In this document: in pieces, positions 29,251-39,468 of the stretch
How the letters are laid out: each line of letters begins with the position of its first letter
How positions within the stretch are numbered: position 1 is the stretch's first letter
Origin: Deltaproteobacteria bacterium
Lineage (GTDB): Bacteria > Myxococcota > XYA12-FULL-58-9 > JAFGEK01
Direction of reading: 5' to 3'
Assembly: GCA_016931625.1 (NCBI GenBank)
Contig: JAFGEK010000020.1
Coordinates: 39,110-103,109 of the forward strand
Length of the DNA: 64,000 bases
Notes under the pieces: generated by a model
The model's input: only the letters and a program-made list of their open reading frames with translations
What the model was told of the DNA's origin: nothing
Database searches by the model: none
Made by a program: the position numbers and the translations under genes

Positions 29251-30084
29251 ATGACTACTAAAGACCAAATTTATAAAGATGCTGTTGTTATTGCAAAAGG
29301 CGCAGGCAATATTTTACGTGATGCATTTGGTAATACTCGCACCATTAAATATAAAGGTAGTATTGATTTAATAACCGATGCTGATCGTGCTTCTGAAAAA
29401 TATATATTAACCGAAATACATAAGCGCTATAAAGAGCATGCAATTTTTGCTGAAGAGAGTGGTGATAATCAAAAAGATGGCCCTTGGCGCTGGGTAATTG
29501 ACCCACTTGATGGCACAACTAATTTTGCCCATGGGGTACCATACTATGCTGTACTTATAACCGTACAAGAACGTATAGCCCCCAATAAATATGCAAGTAG
29601 CATTGCGATTACTTATGACCCATCACGCGATGAGTTGTTTGTTGCTAATAAGAACACAGGAGCAACACTAAATGGTAAACCTATATCGGTATCAGATGTA
29701 GGTAGACTCATTGAGTCATTACCTGCTACTGGTTTTGCTTATGACCGTATTGATAACCCTGATGATAATCATGCTGAATTTTGTCGTTTAAATTTACTAA
29801 CTCAAGGTGTGCGTCGTTGTGGCTCTGCAGGATTAGATCTTGCTTATGTCGCATGTGGTCGTTTCGATGCTTTTTGGGAATATCGACTCAATCTTTGGGA
29901 TATTGCAGGTGGCATTCTTTTAGTGTCTGAAGCTGGTGGTAAAATATCAACATTGCAAGGTAACCCACTTCAATCAGAGTCACTTGATATTGTAGTAAGC
30001 AATGGATATATTCATGAAGAGTTATTACAGGCCTTACGAAAATCTCGGCAGCTGCCGATTGGTTCTCGTGAAAATTTAACATAG
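29251..30084 (+). CDS. Inositol-monophosphatase family protein (SuhB-like)
   Basis: WVIDPLDGTTNFAHGVPYYAV and GSAGLDLAYVACGRFDAFWE are IMPase signatures. Confidence 0.85.
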   Translation: MTTKDQIYKDAVVIAKGAGNILRDAFGNTRTIKYKGSIDLITDADRASEKYILTEIHKRYKEHAIFAEESGDNQKDGPWRWVIDPLDGTTNFAHGVPYYAVLITVQERIAPNKYASSIAITYDPSRDELFVANKNTGATLNGKPISVSDVGRLIESLPATGFAYDRIDNPDDNHAEFCRLNLLTQGVRRCGSAGLDLAYVACGRFDAFWEYRLNLWDIAGGILLVSEAGGKISTLQGNPLQSESLDIVVSNGYIHEELLQALRKSRQLPIGSRENLT

Positions 30085-30128
30085 CAAAAAGATAGTGATT
30101 TAAAGAAAAATTATTAAGGAAAGTAGTT

Positions 30129-31343
30129 ATGCAATTACGCGATTTTAAAGCTCGTAAAGTTACTGATGATGTTATGTGGGTTGGGGCAATTGATTGGGAC
30201 CGTCGGATATTTGACGAACTAATACCACTTCCTGATGGCACCAGTTATAATTCTTATTTAATTCGTGGTTCTAAGCACACAGCGCTTATCGATACAGTTG
30301 ATCCAGCAAAAACCGAAGTTATGCTTAGTCGCATAAAGAGTACTGGTATTGAGAAAATTGACTATATTATTGCTAATCATGCCGAGCAGGACCATTCTGG
30401 CTCAATACCTATAGTGATTGAGCAACATAAAGAAGCCAAGGTGGTAGTTACTGAGAAGTGTAAAGGGATGCTTTGTGATCTATTGCATATAGATGCTGAG
30501 CGTATGTTAGTTGTTAAAGATGGTGATACTATCGATCTTGGTGGCCTCACTCTTCAATTCATTCATTTCCCATGGGTGCATTGGCCCGAGACCATGTTAA
30601 CGTGGTTGCCTGAGCGCGCAGTACTTTTTTCTTGCGATTTGTTTGGATCACATCTCGCCACAGGTGATTTATTTGCCGACAGCCAAGCTGATGTTTTATT
30701 GGGTGCCAAGCGTTATTATGCTGAAATAATGATGCCTTTTCGCAGCAATATTAATAAGCAACTTGCAAAAATAAATGATTTAGAAATTAGTTACATTGCA
30801 CCAAGCCATGGACCAATTTTTAATATACCCAATTTTATTACTGATGCTTATCTTGATTGGGTAAGTTCGCCGCCACGTAATTTAGTTGTAGTGCCGTACA
30901 TTTCAATGCATGACAGTACTCGTCAGATGGTTGAGTATTTTGTTGATGGCATGGCTCGACGCGGTATTTGTACTGAGCAAATTAATTTAGGCGACGGTGA
31001 TATTGGTAAGCTAGCAATGCTTTTAGTAGATGCAGCTACAGTCGTAGTTGGTTCGCCTATGGTTCTTATGGGGGCGCATCCAAAAGTAGTATATGCGGCA
31101 TATCTATTGAATATATTGAGACCTAAATTGCTGCATTTATCTATTCTTGGGTCATTTGGTTGGGGTGGTAAACTCGTCGAGCAACTTCTAGGAGTTATGC
31201 CAAATATCAAAGCCGAAGTGTTACCACCGGTATTATGCAAAGGCGCACCCAAAGCCGATGATTTCGCAGCGATAGATGCATTAGTGGCAGCTATTAGCGA
31301 ACGTCATGCTGCATTATCAAATAAGCTAACACGAAAATCTTAA
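30129..31343 (+). CDS. Flavodiiron protein (FprA family: metallo-beta-lactamase-like domain plus flavodoxin-like domain)
   Basis: N-terminal MBL-like domain with HAEQDHSG (the H-x-E-x-D-H di-iron motif), then a flavodoxin-like C-terminus. 404 aa. Confidence 0.8.
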   Translation: MQLRDFKARKVTDDVMWVGAIDWDRRIFDELIPLPDGTSYNSYLIRGSKHTALIDTVDPAKTEVMLSRIKSTGIEKIDYIIANHAEQDHSGSIPIVIEQHKEAKVVVTEKCKGMLCDLLHIDAERMLVVKDGDTIDLGGLTLQFIHFPWVHWPETMLTWLPERAVLFSCDLFGSHLATGDLFADSQADVLLGAKRYYAEIMMPFRSNINKQLAKINDLEISYIAPSHGPIFNIPNFITDAYLDWVSSPPRNLVVVPYISMHDSTRQMVEYFVDGMARRGICTEQINLGDGDIGKLAMLLVDAATVVVGSPMVLMGAHPKVVYAAYLLNILRPKLLHLSILGSFGWGGKLVEQLLGVMPNIKAEVLPPVLCKGAPKADDFAAIDALVAAISERHAALSNKLTRKS

Positions 31344-31423
31344 AAATTTACAAGAAATTGTTACTGATCGAATTTACTTTAGTGACTACTACAGCGGTTT
31401 CTTTACTTTTTTCATGATACTTA

Positions 31424-31440
31424 TTAAGGGGTGTCCCTAA
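31424..31440. repeat. Copy of the TTAGGG-N5-CCCTAA motif (TTAAGGGGTGTCCCTAA), in the promoter region of the dapA-like gene
   Basis: 16 of 17 positions match the 2571 copy. Intergenic. Confidence 0.5.
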
Positions 31441-31549
31441 TTAAATGCTGTTTTTTTAGTGCTACATGTTTGTATTTCTTGTTATATGTGTTGTTGTGTT
31501 AAGGTTAGACAACGCTGTAAATTTTGCAAGAAAGTAAAAGAGAAACGTT

Positions 31550-32467
31550 ATGACAATGCGTGAATTAAAAGGGATGATTGTTCCAAATATTACGCCATTT
31601 AAAAATGATGCTGCGCGTAGTCTCGATCTCGAAAGAATAGATAAATTAGTAGACTTCATCATTGATAAACAAAACGCTGATGCAATAATCGCTGTTGGAA
31701 CCACCGGCGAATCAACGTCATTGTCACATGATGAAAAAGAAGTGGTAATTTTACGCACATTGAAAGCTGTTAAGGAGCGAGTACCGGTACTGGCTGCAAC
31801 TGGTAGCGCTAATACACAAGAAGCTATTGCAATGACGCAGTTTTGCGAGCGTTCAGGTATTGCTGGTGTGCTTTTAGTATCGCCATATTATATCCGCCCT
31901 AATCAAGATGGTTTGTATCAACATTTTTCGGCAGTGGCACAAAATACTAAGTTACCGATAATACTGTATAACCATCCTGGTAGAACCGGCGTTTCAATTC
32001 AAGTTGATACCCTTATTCGTCTAGCGCAACGTTATGAAAATATAATCGGTATTAAAGATTGTCCAAATAATTTAGCTCTTTCTACTGATGTAGCCCGACG
32101 TTGTCGCTCTGAATTAGGCCGTTCATTTTCATTTTTAACCGGTGAAGATGAGTTTATTTATATGAATATTTGTCTTGGGGGCGATGGGGCGATTGCGGCT
32201 TCTGGACACTTATTAGGCAATGAAATTAAGCAAATGATAGACCTTTTTAACAAAGGTCAAGTTGAACAAGCGCGTAAATTGCAATTTATGATTACTGATT
32301 TAATACGTATGCTTTTTGTAATGCCTAGTCCAGCCCCACTTAAAGCTGCACTCGATATTTTGACAGAAGGCGAGGAGCTTGGTGGTCCAGTACGTTTGCC
32401 ATTAGTAGATGCACCTGAAGATCTGAAACAAAAACTTAAAATTGAATTAGCTCGCGTTAAAGGCTAA
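31550..32467 (+). CDS. Dihydrodipicolinate synthase family class I aldolase (DapA-like)
   Basis: AIIAVGTTGESTSLSHDEK, VLLVSPYY, GIKDC (the Schiff-base Lys context). About 305 aa. Confidence 0.75.
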   Translation: MTMRELKGMIVPNITPFKNDAARSLDLERIDKLVDFIIDKQNADAIIAVGTTGESTSLSHDEKEVVILRTLKAVKERVPVLAATGSANTQEAIAMTQFCERSGIAGVLLVSPYYIRPNQDGLYQHFSAVAQNTKLPIILYNHPGRTGVSIQVDTLIRLAQRYENIIGIKDCPNNLALSTDVARRCRSELGRSFSFLTGEDEFIYMNICLGGDGAIAASGHLLGNEIKQMIDLFNKGQVEQARKLQFMITDLIRMLFVMPSPAPLKAALDILTEGEELGGPVRLPLVDAPEDLKQKLKIELARVKG

Positions 32468-32582
32468 TTGCATTATTATAACGATTTTTCTTATTGTCAG
32501 TCGTTTTTTACTAGTACTGCACTGCGTCGTTAAGTTTTGTTGCAGTTGACACCAATACTGCGGCTCAGATACAGCCTGTAGA

Positions 32583-33473
32583 GTGAATCTTTTTGATTTA
32601 GCTGTTAGAGCAATAGATATTGCTAGTAAGGTTAAAGCAACCTTTAATACGGTGATGGCGCCTAGTGCCGAGTTAGAACAGCGCATTGATCGCATTCCTG
32701 CACAGTTAGGTCAATCAGGTGTAGATGCTTTTGGTTTTGACCCTCAGTACCTTAAGAAAGTTTTTGGCCTAGCTGTTTGGTTTTATCGTAGTTATTTCCG
32801 TGCTCAAGCTTTTGGTATTGAAAATATTCCTGATGGACGTTGTTTTATTGTAGCTAATCATTCTGGCCAATTGCCGTTTGATGCTGCAATGCTTACTGTT
32901 GCGGCTTTTGTAGAACGAGAGCCACCACGCTATTTGCGTGCAATGTTAGATCGATTCATACCATCAACACCTTTTGTGTCAGTATTTTTAGCCAGATGTG
33001 GACAAATTTTGGGTACTCAAGAGAACTGTAAACGATTGCTAGAAGCCCAAGAAGCAATATTAGTTTTTCCAGAAGGTGTTAAAGGACTTAACAAAACATG
33101 GGATGCACGCTATCAACTACAACGTTTTGGCAGTGGATTTATACGACTGGCGCTTGAGACAAATACTCCGATAATACCAACGATTGTAATTGGTGCTGAA
33201 GAGCAAGCGCCTGCTTTTGCTAATCTTGAATGGGTTGGAAAATTATTAGGTATTCCTGCATTACCCGTAACACCTTTCCACCCCTTAATCCCAGGTCTTG
33301 GTTTATTCCCAATGCCAACGCGCTATCGTATTTATTTTGGTAAACCACTTAATTTTTCAGGTGATGCAAATGATGATGATACGATTATTAGCGAAAAAGT
33401 TGAGCAAGTAAAACAAACCATGCAACAAATGATTACGGCTGGTTTATCCCAACGCGAGCATGTCTTTTGGTGA
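32583..33473 (+). CDS. Lysophospholipid/glycerolipid acyltransferase (PlsC-like, HX4D)
   Basis: VANHSGQLPFD (HX4D) and VFPEGV (the EGTR-like block). GTG start. Confidence 0.65.
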   Translation: MNLFDLAVRAIDIASKVKATFNTVMAPSAELEQRIDRIPAQLGQSGVDAFGFDPQYLKKVFGLAVWFYRSYFRAQAFGIENIPDGRCFIVANHSGQLPFDAAMLTVAAFVEREPPRYLRAMLDRFIPSTPFVSVFLARCGQILGTQENCKRLLEAQEAILVFPEGVKGLNKTWDARYQLQRFGSGFIRLALETNTPIIPTIVIGAEEQAPAFANLEWVGKLLGIPALPVTPFHPLIPGLGLFPMPTRYRIYFGKPLNFSGDANDDDTIISEKVEQVKQTMQQMITAGLSQREHVFW

Positions 33474-33497
33474 GGTTTAAAAAAAAGGTAGGTATAA

Positions 33498-34436
33498 ATG
33501 CGTATTTTACTCACCGGCAGCTCGGGTCGCTTGGGGCGGCGGGTGGCATTAAAGTTACACCGCAATCATTACGTAGTGGGTATTGATTCACGACCTCCTA
33601 ATTGTTTCCCGATTGAAATCGAGAATCATCAAATTGATTTACGTAGACGAACTGCTGAAAATATTTTGAAAGAAGGAAAATTTGATGCAGTAATGCATAT
33701 GGGGGTTACGCACAATTTTCGTTTCTCTAACGAAGAGCATTATACACGCAATATTTTTAGTACTGAGAAATTGCTACAGTTGATAGTAAAATACCACATC
33801 AAAAAATTAGTACTGCTTTCTTCTGGTGATGTTTATGGGCCAATAGCGACTAATAGTCATTTTATTGATGAAGACGCACCATTAATGGCAAGCCAATCGT
33901 CAACTGGCATGCGCACTTTAGTTGCTGTAGATCGAGCTGTGCAATCATTTTTTTGGCGTCATAATGAAATCGAAACCGTTATTTTAAGGCCTTGTCATAT
34001 AGTTGGTCCACATGTACGAAATGCTGCTTCAAAATATTTAAGGCTCAATATTGTACCCACTTTAATGGGATACGATCCCATGCTGCAGCTTATTAGCGAA
34101 GAAGATTTGTTGCCTTTAGTCGAAAATGCTCTAATGCCAGGTGTTCGTGGAGTGTTTAATTTGGCAGGCACTGAACCGGTTCCGCTGCATTATATATTAA
34201 AAATATTAAATAAGCCGACTTTGCCTCTCCCTTATGTGGTTTTGAAAACTTTTTTAGAACATGCTTTTAAATCACGTATGGTGTCTTTTGCACCACCCGA
34301 GCTTGATCATATACGCTTTAATGCCGTACTAGACACTCGTCGTTCTCAAGAAGTGCTTGGCGCAAAAATTACGCGTTTTCTTGAAAAAATACTCAAACCT
34401 TTTAAAGCTGGAAGTTTATATCCAGGTAGTAGTTAA
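33498..34436 (+). CDS. NAD-dependent epimerase/dehydratase (SDR-fold)
   Basis: MRILLTGSSGRLGRRVA is a Rossmann GxxGxxG motif. About 310 aa. Confidence 0.7.
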   Translation: MRILLTGSSGRLGRRVALKLHRNHYVVGIDSRPPNCFPIEIENHQIDLRRRTAENILKEGKFDAVMHMGVTHNFRFSNEEHYTRNIFSTEKLLQLIVKYHIKKLVLLSSGDVYGPIATNSHFIDEDAPLMASQSSTGMRTLVAVDRAVQSFFWRHNEIETVILRPCHIVGPHVRNAASKYLRLNIVPTLMGYDPMLQLISEEDLLPLVENALMPGVRGVFNLAGTEPVPLHYILKILNKPTLPLPYVVLKTFLEHAFKSRMVSFAPPELDHIRFNAVLDTRRSQEVLGAKITRFLEKILKPFKAGSLYPGSS

Positions 34437-34462
34437 TTTTAGTACTAGCTTACGGCTAACCA

Positions 34463-35596
34463 CTAAACAAGCAATGATAGCTGCTGTATTTTATCGATTA
34501 ATGCACCATGGGCAGTTGGACCGATTAAATGCTTGGTTTGCACCCATGATGTAGCAGGTTGATAGAACCGTTGTTTCCAGGTTTGTAAGCGTTTTCCTGT
34601 ATATAATAAAGTCTCATGAGAAATTTTTTTATTTTCAACAGCTAGCACTAATGCACGATACAATTCTAATACAATAGCTGGTTCATGGCAGGCCAAGAAA
34701 ACATTTATGCCTGCATTGACTCCAAGAGTAGCAATTTCGTCAATGCTAAAGTGATCAGCGAGCGCTTTCATCTCGATATCATCGCTAAGAATCACACCAT
34801 TAAAATTTAGTTCGTTTCGCAAATATTTTAATACTTGAGTTGAAATTGTGGCCGGGTGTTTTTCATCAAGTGATACAACAATCAGATGCGCAGTCATAAT
34901 TGCTCCAACGCCAACTTTAATAGCTTCATGAAATGGTGGCCATTCCAGTTCACGCAGTCGAGTTAAATTATGATCAACAAATGGCAATTCAAGGTGACTA
35001 TCTTTATCGGTGTCGCCATGGCCAGGAAAATGTTTACCACAACCGCCAATACCACCATTTTGTAGGCCAGCAATGAATGCAGAAGCTAGTTTACCAACTA
35101 ACTGTGGATTATTTGAAAATGATCGATCGCCAATTATTGGGTTTTGGGGATTGCTATCTACATCTAACACTGGGGCATAATTAATATCAAAATTTAAAGC
35201 CCTTAACTCTTGTGCGATTGCTTTAGCCACTGATGCTACGAGTTTAGGATCATTTAACTTACCCAGCTGACGCATTGAAGGCCAGATTGTTGCAGGCTCA
35301 CGAATGCGAGCTACGCGGCCACCTTCTTGATCTACAGAACATAATAATGGTTCATCTTTGCGGAAATGTTTTAACTCGCGATTAAACTCACAGATTTGTT
35401 CTAATGATTCAATATTTCGTGAAAACTGAATTATCCCTAGTGGTTGCACTTCTCGTAATAATTCACGCAATTCTGCGGTAATGCTAGTTCCATCAAAACC
35501 ACAGATAATCATATTGCCAATAGCACGACGTACTTCAGAACGAGGTAATAATATTTTTGTCATAGGTGCATATATCTCATTTCTACAAAGAAACAC
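34463..35596 (-). CDS. nagZ: Beta-N-acetylhexosaminidase (GH3, NagZ-like)
   Basis: KHFPGHGDTDKDSHLELP is the GH3 NagZ signature (KHFPGHG). The start is 35596 or an internal Met at about 35563. Confidence 0.8.
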   Translation of the reverse strand: MFLCRNEIYAPMTKILLPRSEVRRAIGNMIICGFDGTSITAELRELLREVQPLGIIQFSRNIESLEQICEFNRELKHFRKDEPLLCSVDQEGGRVARIREPATIWPSMRQLGKLNDPKLVASVAKAIAQELRALNFDINYAPVLDVDSNPQNPIIGDRSFSNNPQLVGKLASAFIAGLQNGGIGGCGKHFPGHGDTDKDSHLELPFVDHNLTRLRELEWPPFHEAIKVGVGAIMTAHLIVVSLDEKHPATISTQVLKYLRNELNFNGVILSDDIEMKALADHFSIDEIATLGVNAGINVFLACHEPAIVLELYRALVLAVENKKISHETLLYTGKRLQTWKQRFYQPATSWVQTKHLIGPTAHGALIDKIQQLSLLV

Positions 35597-36104
35597 ACAA
35601 CCCTAAATAGTAATTTGAGGTTGTATGTTTGTGGTTTTTTTAATCAGTAGACGATGAATTATCCATCGGCTCTGATACTGTAAATGGCTGATACGGAGCT
35701 GAAGGCGCATAGTTAGAATATGGGCTGTAATGACTGTATTAGGCTGTTTGAGTCATCTGTCTATGACTTTGGCTTTTAGCTGTAGTTGACGAATTATTGT
35801 TGTTCGTGTCTGCAGAGACACTATGTATCGCTAAATTATAAAAATATTATTCCTGAGTAGCCACAAATGTTACGATAATGTTGCATGTCAGGTTGCCTGT
35901 ATTTGGCAAATATCAAGCAATATTTTGCATTTAGCTATACAAACTTAGCCTTGTATTGTCACATAAATGATACACTTTAGCAGATAGACATTTGTAGAAA
36001 TAGGCATAATATTGCTTGAACGATATTACATTAAATAGCTTTTTTAAGGTTGTTCGCGGTTGGTACACTAAACCGCAAACGATACGTGAGTTTAAACTGG
36101 TGGT

Positions 36105-36710
36105 ATGTGCTTTGGCCATAATTATTATGAGGTTATTATAAGGTTTTCGTTTGTCTTTCGCATTACTGCAATTTCGCTCCTGATGTTTTCTATAGTGGCT
36201 TGTTCCAATAGTAAACAAGAAGAACGTAACCGTCCATGTGACGCTAATGATTTATGTGCTCCTAATTATACCTGCCAAGAATTTACTGATGAAGTAGCCG
36301 GTGTTACTAATAAACTATGTGTTACTTTACATTCTCTGGATTGTAGTTTAAGCGCAACTAATAGCGCACTTTGTATAAAAAATATCGCAACCACTGAAGA
36401 TACTACCGAAAGCTGTGACGTGCGCTGGGATATTTTGTCGTGTTTCGAAGGTGGTCAAGGTTGTGATGGCGGTTGTCGTATATGTAATTGCAAATCAGAC
36501 GACCCCGATTGCACTGAATATGTATGGAGTAAATGTGAAACTAGTATTGCAACTTTAGGTCAAAAACATAGTTGTAGCAATACTAATGATGACTGCACTA
36601 AAAAAGGATTAGGTGCTGAAGCTACTTGCGTTAATATTGGTGCTGTCTCTCCTAATTATGTTTGTTCAGCGGTTAAATCTTCACAATGCTCCACAGGCTT
36701 TATTACATAA
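36105..36710 (+). CDS. Secreted Cys-rich lipoprotein, family A (paralog of 22879)
   Basis: LLMFSIVACSNS lipobox. Repeats DANDLCAPNYTCQE and TNDDCTKK...YVCS. About 28 Cys. Sits in a low-GC region. Confidence 0.5.
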   Translation: MCFGHNYYEVIIRFSFVFRITAISLLMFSIVACSNSKQEERNRPCDANDLCAPNYTCQEFTDEVAGVTNKLCVTLHSLDCSLSATNSALCIKNIATTEDTTESCDVRWDILSCFEGGQGCDGGCRICNCKSDDPDCTEYVWSKCETSIATLGQKHSCSNTNDDCTKKGLGAEATCVNIGAVSPNYVCSAVKSSQCSTGFIT

Positions 36711-37191
36711 TTCTCCAACATTAGCCGCTGGTGTTATTTGATTACTATTTATAGTCAACATTATTTGCTCCTTTTTTTAAAATGCCGTTAATATTAGCAA
36801 AAAGTTATATTAAATATTGTTGTAAAACACTTTTAGGTGTTGCCGGAAAATATGTAAAGTAGTTGCTTTGAAAATAGTCTTTAACGAAAATGTTACAAAC
36901 TAACCGCGTTACATAATTTATGTCACAGTTATGTTGCATGCGGTTAAGAGTGAAACGTGCGATAGCATTACTATGCTTATATTATTAAAATAAAATGGGT
37001 TAAGTCTTTTTGTTTGTCGCGAAAATGATTCAAACTTGTTGCTATGATTTTACGCCATCGTAATCTCTTTGTGTGAATATAACTTTGTATGAATTATTTA
37101 AATTTGGCTTCATATCAATACAGTAATCTTTCAGATCTAAACATTGGTTATTTGTTATTACCGGTTGTGGTATAAAAAGGAGAGCAGTATA

Positions 37192-39468
37192 ATGATTGAA
37201 ACAGCCAAACAATTATTGGCTTATAATTTGCCTGAAAATATTTCATTTTCTTCAAACGAAGACCAAACTAAAATTATTAATGATAATAAAAAGAAATTAA
37301 CTCTTCCTAAAAAAAGAATTGGTTTTACTTTTGATTCATCTGTAGCTGTAGCACCAGAAGCTACTAAATCATTAGTAAAATTTTATCAAGGTATCGATAG
37401 TAATCGCGCGCATAGCGATAAAGTAACACCGGCTATTTCAGATAAAAATAAAAAGTTATACCTACCATCAAAAAGTACTTGTTTGTTTTCTGATTCATCA
37501 TTAACTATGCCATCTTCATTAAGTGTATCTTCAACACAACTGGGATTTAATCTTGTTAGTAAAAATGGCATCATCGGGAACAACATTTATTATAAAAATA
37601 TTGAGGATGTTATTGATGCGTTAAATAAAGCGAAAATGGTTCAGGATGCGAGTGCAGAAAAAATAATAAGGCAACAATTTAATGAACTTAAAAAACAATT
37701 GCCACAGTTTCAAAGAATTTTTAATGAATTACAAATCACAGAATCACATTTGTTGAAATGGTTAGCAACAGGAAGCATTCCGAACAATGTGATAGAGGTT
37801 TATATAAGGCATCAGCAGGCTGACAATAAATCAAAATATCTAGAAAAGAAAATAGCAAACAGTATTTACTTGTTACTTAAATATGGTGAGTATGTTGCCC
37901 ATTTTCGCGGCGAGATAGAAGCTGAAACAGGAGAAAATCCGCTGCTGCTTACTATGCAGGCTATGCAAACCAAATTTTGGCAAAAAGAACAAAATATTGT
38001 TGTAAGTAATGCTACAAATATTTTTTATAATCTTAAGGATAATAGATTTAAATTAGCGATGGCCGAGCATAGTCTTGATAGTTTAAACGTAAAGTTAAAC
38101 TATCAAGTCTTAAATCTATCCCCAAATGATGAAGAAATCATCAAGACACAAAAAATGGTCGAGCGTGCTAAAATAGCAATTAATAATTATAGCGATCTTA
38201 TTGCCAATCAAGAGAAAGCCGCACGTTCAGTTTTAACAAGTTTGTATCAGCGGCATGCCAAACGAGTTACCCAAAAAACACATAATAATGATCCTGAGCG
38301 CCTTAATGCTGGTCGTTATGCAGCAGCGAATGCTGTAGTGGAAGCAGATGTTAAACATAAAATTGATGCAACTGATATTGGCAATGAAATCAAAAGCGCT
38401 AAACAAATTGAGTTATTACTAATAAATATAAGAACCACACTACATTGGGTCCAAGAGACAATTTCAATCAACACATATTGGACAGAAGACAGCATTACTC
38501 GTGCTGATATAATAGAAGCTTTAGAAAAGATTAGACCACAACTGCAATCAATTCATGAGATACTGCGCAATGAAAAAGTAAATGAAATAAATGATAATAC
38601 CATCGTCGAAATAGCAAAATACTATGCAACGGCAGTTTTTTGTTTAAGTGATGCCTATGAAGCAGAGGCCGATGATCTTGAACAACAATGTCAAGTATCT
38701 GCAACCCCACAAGTGGGAGTAAGATTAGCTCTTCTCTGCCACAATGCTGCGATGTTATCACTCGAGATTGCTGAAATAGAACTTTTGGCGGCAGATGCGC
38801 GCGTCTCTATGGAAGTTGGCAAGAAAACCTTTGATGAGCAAGACGAGCAAAAACTAAATCTCCATGATTTTGTTAATTACCTCGAAGAACGAGCAGCAGA
38901 TAAGGATACCCAACTAAAAGCTTATCAAGAAACCTTAAAAAAACTTAACTCTTTACCAATATCTACCTTAGGAGCAACCTATCCAACTCAAATTTATAGT
39001 ATCGTTGGTCGTAATGAGTTGCAAATACTCTATACTACTTGGAGGTTACATAACTCCCAAAAAGAATACGACGCAATAATTAGTCAACGAGATGAGTTTG
39101 CTGCACGTCTTACCGCAGGAGCTTGGCCTGAATATCAAAAACAAAAGCTAAAACTGCAACTCTCCAAAACAGAAAAACAAAAGACTAAAGAAAATTTACA
39201 AATCAAAATTAAAATACTGGATAAAAAACGTAAGGTAGAAATTGCTCAAGAACAAAGCAACAAAGAGACGCAAAACTTTCTTGATTCTCGTATGACTGAC
39301 GTTATCATTGGCGAAGAATTTTTGATTCCGTTTAATAAAGCAAATCCGTTAATAAATCTTCAAAGTGCTGGTGTCGGCGATATCTACATAAAAGCATTTG
39401 ACGCATCTAAAAGAAATTCCATTATATGGCATCAACGTGAAATAAATGCGTTGTTAATATATTGGTAA
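37192..39468 (+). CDS. Large hypothetical protein (758 aa). Lys/Glu/Gln/Asn-rich, predicted helical or coiled-coil, no signal peptide, no recognisable domain.
   Basis: A long ORF in a low-GC island. ATG at 37192 with AGGAG 9 nt upstream (the ORF-track start at 37144 is probably too early). No catalytic motifs found by eye (no HExxH, GxSxG or CxxC). Confidence 0.6.
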   Translation: MIETAKQLLAYNLPENISFSSNEDQTKIINDNKKKLTLPKKRIGFTFDSSVAVAPEATKSLVKFYQGIDSNRAHSDKVTPAISDKNKKLYLPSKSTCLFSDSSLTMPSSLSVSSTQLGFNLVSKNGIIGNNIYYKNIEDVIDALNKAKMVQDASAEKIIRQQFNELKKQLPQFQRIFNELQITESHLLKWLATGSIPNNVIEVYIRHQQADNKSKYLEKKIANSIYLLLKYGEYVAHFRGEIEAETGENPLLLTMQAMQTKFWQKEQNIVVSNATNIFYNLKDNRFKLAMAEHSLDSLNVKLNYQVLNLSPNDEEIIKTQKMVERAKIAINNYSDLIANQEKAARSVLTSLYQRHAKRVTQKTHNNDPERLNAGRYAAANAVVEADVKHKIDATDIGNEIKSAKQIELLLINIRTTLHWVQETISINTYWTEDSITRADIIEALEKIRPQLQSIHEILRNEKVNEINDNTIVEIAKYYATAVFCLSDAYEAEADDLEQQCQVSATPQVGVRLALLCHNAAMLSLEIAEIELLAADARVSMEVGKKTFDEQDEQKLNLHDFVNYLEERAADKDTQLKAYQETLKKLNSLPISTLGATYPTQIYSIVGRNELQILYTTWRLHNSQKEYDAIISQRDEFAARLTAGAWPEYQKQKLKLQLSKTEKQKTKENLQIKIKILDKKRKVEIAQEQSNKETQNFLDSRMTDVIIGEEFLIPFNKANPLINLQSAGVGDIYIKAFDASKRNSIIWHQREINALLIYW

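Noticed and set aside
2571-31440. Possibility that the TTAGGG-N5-CCCTAA copies form a CRISPR-like array
   Set aside because: Only four copies, 87 bp to 25 kb apart, with no regular spacing and no cas genes. They behave like operator sites or REP-like palindromes, not CRISPR repeats.
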